Assembly: GCA_030065205.1 (NCBI GenBank)
Contig: JASJDN010000116.1
Location: forward strand, 1-16,325
DNA length: 16,325 nucleotides
Direction: 5' to 3'
Source of the DNA: Crocosphaera sp.
GTDB taxonomy: Bacteria; Cyanobacteriota; Cyanobacteriia; Cyanobacteriales; Microcystaceae
Shown: positions 12,800-16,325 of the stretch, piece by piece
Layout of the letters: every line of letters starts with the position of its first letter
Numbering within the stretch: the first letter of the stretch is position 1
Translations under genes and position numbers: made by a program
The notes under the pieces: generated by a model
Seen by the model: only the letters and a program-made list of their open reading frames with translations
Told to the model about the DNA's origin: nothing
The model's database searches: none

Positions 12800-13999
12800 T
12801 TAACTATTAATAATTAATTGATCCACATCTTCGGGTAATATTTGCTGCATAATATAAGGGTTAACATCAGGAATAGTAACTAAACGATTGGCTTGTTTTT
12901 CAATGGCTTTTTCAAACATATTTCTCACTAATCTACCATTACCAAAACTTTTATCCCGATGATCATATAATTCTTTAAATCGGGTTAATAATACTTCTTT
13001 TGCTGCTTCAGTTAGAGTATAATGATGTTGATGGCAAAAGATATCAAAAATTTTAATTAATTCCTGTGGGGTATAATCTTCAAAATAAAAATAACGACTA
13101 AACCGAGATTTTAATCCAGGATTAGAGTTAACAAAACGGGTCATTTCATCTCCATAACCAGCCACAATCACCACTAATCTATCCCGATAATCTTCCATTC
13201 TTTTTAATAACATATCAATGGCTTCTTGTCCAAAATCATTACCAGGATCGACAGGTTTTAGGGTATAAGCTTCATCAATAAATAATACGCCATCTAGAGC
13301 AGAATTCACTAATTCATCCACCCGTTGCGCGGTTTGTCCCACGTATCCGGCCACCATTCCAGAACGATCTGTTTCAATTAAATGACCTTTTTTCAGTATT
13401 CCTAATTGTTGATAAATTTGCCCCATTAATCTCGCGACGGTGGTTTTACCTGTGCCTGGAGAACCACAAAAAACCGAATGCAAGGTGATAGAAACGGGTT
13501 GTAACCCTTGTTTTTCTCGTAACTTTTGGACTTTAAGAAAGTTGATATATTGACGAACTTCATCTTTTAAATGATTCAGTCCAATGAGTTTATCTAATTC
13601 TTTTAATTGTTCTTCAATACTAGACTTAGGAGACGGGGAATAATGAGGAGTATAAGCAGGGGGAGGGGATGATTTTTGTGATTCTTGTTGTCTCACTTTT
13701 TCTCGATCATATTGAAGTTGCTGTCTGCGTCTTTCTTCCCTATTCAATTCTGTTTGTTTAATTCTTTCTTGTTCTATTTTTAATTCTTGTCTACGTCTGA
13801 TTTCTGCTCGTAGTCTTGCTTTTTCTCTTTCTAATTCTTGTTGTTTTTTTAAGAGTAATTGATAGTCTTCTTCTTGTTGAACCAAACGGCGATCGCGTTC
13901 CATTTCTTGTTGCTGTTTGGATTTTTTTTGCTGTTCTTGCTGTCTCAGTTTTTCTAAATCTTGTTTAATTTGATCATCATAATTAGGAAAGTCTGACAT
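12800..13999 (-). CDS. AAA+ ATPase of the CbbX/SpoVK/EccA-like clade with an N-terminal charged coiled coil and a Pro-rich linker
   Basis: Walker A is FCGSPGTGKTT and Walker B is VLFIDEAY. The clade-typical segments are ...MVAGYVGQTAQRVDELV... and ...LVVIVAGY...NPGLKSRFSRYF. About 110 aa of E/R/Q/K-rich heptad-like sequence are followed by SSPPPAYTPHYSPSPKSS. The track starts at TTG 14014; ATG 13999 is preceded by GGAG and gives the N-terminus MSDFPNYDD. Confidence 0.9.
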   Translation of the reverse strand: MSDFPNYDDQIKQDLEKLRQQEQQKKSKQQQEMERDRRLVQQEEDYQLLLKKQQELEREKARLRAEIRRRQELKIEQERIKQTELNREERRRQQLQYDREKVRQQESQKSSPPPAYTPHYSPSPKSSIEEQLKELDKLIGLNHLKDEVRQYINFLKVQKLREKQGLQPVSITLHSVFCGSPGTGKTTVARLMGQIYQQLGILKKGHLIETDRSGMVAGYVGQTAQRVDELVNSALDGVLFIDEAYTLKPVDPGNDFGQEAIDMLLKRMEDYRDRLVVIVAGYGDEMTRFVNSNPGLKSRFSRYFYFEDYTPQELIKIFDIFCHQHHYTLTEAAKEVLLTRFKELYDHRDKSFGNGRLVRNMFEKAIEKQANRLVTIPDVNPYIMQQILPEDVDQLIINS

Positions 14000-14172
14000 T
14001 CTCTTTAACTCCAACGGATTAAACCGTGCCTAATTGTTCCTTTATTTAAGATTATCAGATTTTTAATCATAAAAATTTCCTAAATTTTTTCCTGATTGTT
14101 GATGAAATTTGACCCCCAATCCCGAGACATTCGATAGACTATACGGGAGTGTGTGTAAGTATTATTCATAAT

Positions 14173-14628
14173 ATGACCTATTTGTGTGGTAAAGTCTCCT
14201 CTCGTCCTTTAATGATCGCTTTATTTTCCCTGATGTTGGGTTTAACTGCTGTTCCGGTACGAGGACAACAACGGATATATAGTCCGATTCCCATTAAATC
14301 TAATGGACCAGTTGCCGATCGCCTCTCAGATCAAGATATTCCGACAGGAGAAGGTGGGTTTGCAAAGGATTACTGGATACAACTAGAAAAAGGGGATCAA
14401 GTCGCCATCGATCTCACGTCTGACGAATTTGATAGTGTGGTGCTATTATTAGGGGCCGATGGTGCCACTATTGCCGAAAATGACGATGGTCCAGACGGAA
14501 GTACCAACTCGTTACTCTTTTCTCGCATCACTGAAACGGGCCGCTATATTATCCGTGTTCGTGCGTTTGGAGAAACCGGAGGGGGCAATTTTCGCCTCAA
14601 TGTCACCCGTTTACGGCCTGTGAATTGA
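14173..14628 (+). CDS. Secreted stand-alone pre-peptidase C-terminal (PPC)-domain protein
   Basis: The signal-peptide-like N-terminus is MTYLCGKVSSRPLMIALFSLMLGLTAVPVRG|QQ. The PPC pattern is ...DYWIQLEKGDQVAIDLTSDEFDSVVLLLGADGATIAENDDG...GRYIIRVRAF...GNFRLNV. The track begins at GTG 14149; ATG 14173 is preferred. Confidence 0.7.
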   Translation: MTYLCGKVSSRPLMIALFSLMLGLTAVPVRGQQRIYSPIPIKSNGPVADRLSDQDIPTGEGGFAKDYWIQLEKGDQVAIDLTSDEFDSVVLLLGADGATIAENDDGPDGSTNSLLFSRITETGRYIIRVRAFGETGGGNFRLNVTRLRPVN

Positions 14629-15369
14629 TAACAGACATAAAATCAACGTTTCTGTCCATTCTACCACTGCCCCGTAGGTGTCCCCAGTATGACCCCCAAA
14701 GCGATGATGAAACCAAGCAGCAACCCCTAACGCGATCGCCATTCCTATCCCTGCTACTGTTAACCCTAACCTCCATTGATCGGGGTAAAATAGGATAAAT
14801 ACCCCAGTCATTCCCCATAAAGCGATGAAACCTCCTAATATATCTTGGGGAACTTTCATATACTGTTTATGAAACGCTCCTTTTCCAGTGGGTTTGAGAT
14901 AGGGATAAAAGGCGATCGCATTCACTTGTCCCCATCGTCCCCAACCATAGGCCATCATTAACCCCCAACAGCGATGGTCAACAATGGCACTCAAAGCAAC
15001 GATTTTCAACAAAATGAGCATTGTGCCGGCCATAACCCCAAATGCCCCTGTAACGCTATCCTGCATCACTTCTAGGCGTTTTTCGGAGTCGGTAACGGCT
15101 AATCCATCGGCACTATCCATGACTCCATCTAAGTGTAATCCGCCGGTGAAATAAATCCCAAACCCAATAATTAAGGCACTTCGGACGGTGATGGGAAATC
15201 CTATCCAGTTAAATAGTATATCGATGATGGCTAATAATGCGCCGATTCCTAGACCAATGATGGGGGACCAACGAGCGATCGCCTGAAAATTTTTTGGCCA
15301 ATGATCAGGTAAGGGAATAATGGTATAAAAAATAATCGCCCCTAGTAGGGATGGGATAGCAGTTTTCAA
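14611..15369 (-). CDS. cobS: Adenosylcobinamide-GDP ribazoletransferase (cobalamin synthase)
   Basis: The 252-aa polytopic membrane protein carries CobS motifs: ...FYTIIPLP..., ...TGGLHLDGVMDSADGL... and ...FGGHTGDTYGA... Confidence 0.92.
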   Translation of the reverse strand: MKTAIPSLLGAIIFYTIIPLPDHWPKNFQAIARWSPIIGLGIGALLAIIDILFNWIGFPITVRSALIIGFGIYFTGGLHLDGVMDSADGLAVTDSEKRLEVMQDSVTGAFGVMAGTMLILLKIVALSAIVDHRCWGLMMAYGWGRWGQVNAIAFYPYLKPTGKGAFHKQYMKVPQDILGGFIALWGMTGVFILFYPDQWRLGLTVAGIGMAIALGVAAWFHHRFGGHTGDTYGAVVEWTETLILCLLSIHRP

Positions 15370-15869
15370 TTTGGTTTAGTGGAATTGTTATCAATTTTAG
15401 AGAAGATTGAAGATTTAACTACCTATGTGTAGAAACTTTACGATCCCAAAATTAAGGGTTATCTCTCAAAGGTTCAAGAAATGCTTAGGGAATATTGCGG
15501 TAACATAATGTTAGATGGCACTTGGCTGAGGGTCATTTTCACCCATTTGACTATTTTAGCCTGGCCTTGAACTGACATGAGTTCGGTGTTAAATGATTTT
15601 TGATTCTTATAATCGTCTTTTTCCCTAAAGACTGGATCGGACTTTCAGCTTATTCCGAACTCAGACTAACCTAGATGCCTAATTTTATCTCAATCTAATC
15701 ATGCTACCAGACAACAAAATCAGGATGTCTCCTAGCGTTGGTTGAAAGTCGTCAGCAAAATTGTTTCTCTGCTCCCATTTAGAGAGAAAAGCTTATTCTG
15801 GCTTTCTCTTTATAACTCCTACAGTCTTTAGACTGAATTACCAATTGTTGTGCTTTCAGGCAATTTCTT

Positions 15870-16325
15870 ATGAGTCACCATCACCCCTCACACCCGTTCC
15901 CAGCCCCTTGTATTATTGATTTTGGGATTATTGTTAATGCTGAGGACATGAAACGTATTCTCAACGATCTCGGAAGGGTTCGTTATATTCATACCCTCGA
16001 TGGACAGCTAGAAAGCGAAGGGGAGGGATGGATCGTTGAAGTCTTTAATGATCCGAATCAAGCAACCATTGTGGTTAATCGTTCTTTGTATCTCAATGTT
16101 CAAAGTTTCGATTATTTACAACTTCAACAGTCCGAAAAGCAAGAAGCGTATTTTGATTTGATTCAGGATCGTCGTTGTTTACGTTTAATTCCCATTACCT
16201 ATGCTTCTCCTCTTCCTGAGAGTAATTCTAATATGGATGCTGCTGCGTTAGAAGCGATGGTTACTCAAGTTTTAGCAGCAAAATGGGATATGCAGTTAGA
16301 TGATGAGGATGATTGTCCTTTTTAG
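15870..16325 (+). CDS. Hypothetical protein (151 aa) with a His-rich N-terminus (MSHHHPSHP) and an acidic C-terminus (DDEDDCPF)
   Basis: This is a complete ORF ending with TAG at the window edge, and its codon usage resembles that of neighbouring genes. I do not recognise the family. Confidence 0.55.
   Translation: MSHHHPSHPFPAPCIIDFGIIVNAEDMKRILNDLGRVRYIHTLDGQLESEGEGWIVEVFNDPNQATIVVNRSLYLNVQSFDYLQLQQSEKQEAYFDLIQDRRCLRLIPITYASPLPESNSNMDAAALEAMVTQVLAAKWDMQLDDEDDCPF

Noticed and set aside
14603-14818. 71-aa minus-strand ORF overlapping cobS
   Set aside because: This is an alternative frame inside the clearly recognisable cobS CDS.
15440-15600. Cobalamin riboswitch upstream of cobS or the downstream gene
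   Set aside because: AGGGAA and GCACTTGG-like strings are present. However, I cannot find a convincing B12 box (…AGYCMGGNGNCCTGCC-like) on either strand, and the orientation and distance to either start codon are awkward. An Rfam scan is needed before any claim.

Overview
AT-rich cyanobacterial chromosomal segment. I count ten copies of the HIP1 octamer GCGATCGC by eye, against about 0.25 expected by chance. The gene content and the OCP sequence suggest a filamentous Oscillatoriales-type genome, but that is a guess from memory. Recognisable housekeeping and photoprotection genes are glmU, the OCP-FRP pair, cobS, a YjbQ-family gene, a cupin and an orphan sensor histidine kinase. They are interleaved with mobile-element debris: the right end of an IS200/IS605 tnpB element, an IS630-type transposase fragment and a DUF2887 fragment. 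There are also at least four families of short dispersed repeats or MITEs. The best candidate for an undescribed system is the co-directional block at 5389-7855. It encodes a MotA/ExbB-type channel protein with a long coiled-coil tail and two divergent, paralogous ExbD/TolR-like single-pass proteins. Only one of the two keeps the transmembrane Asp, and no TonB, TolA, MotB or Zor partner is visible. Other items worth a second look are listed below.
- An unannotated 54-aa ORF (323-487, minus strand) has a textbook double-glycine leader and a proline-rich core.
- A membrane protein is built from seven in-register 30-bp repeats and carries a His cluster.
- A class-3 lipase gene is bracketed by MITE copies and sits next to a coiled-coil AAA+ ATPase with which it shares a terminal SDFP-Y-D motif.
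- One MITE copy has its central hairpin loop in reverse complement relative to the other copies.
All calls come from reading the sequence and from remembered family signatures. No database search was run.
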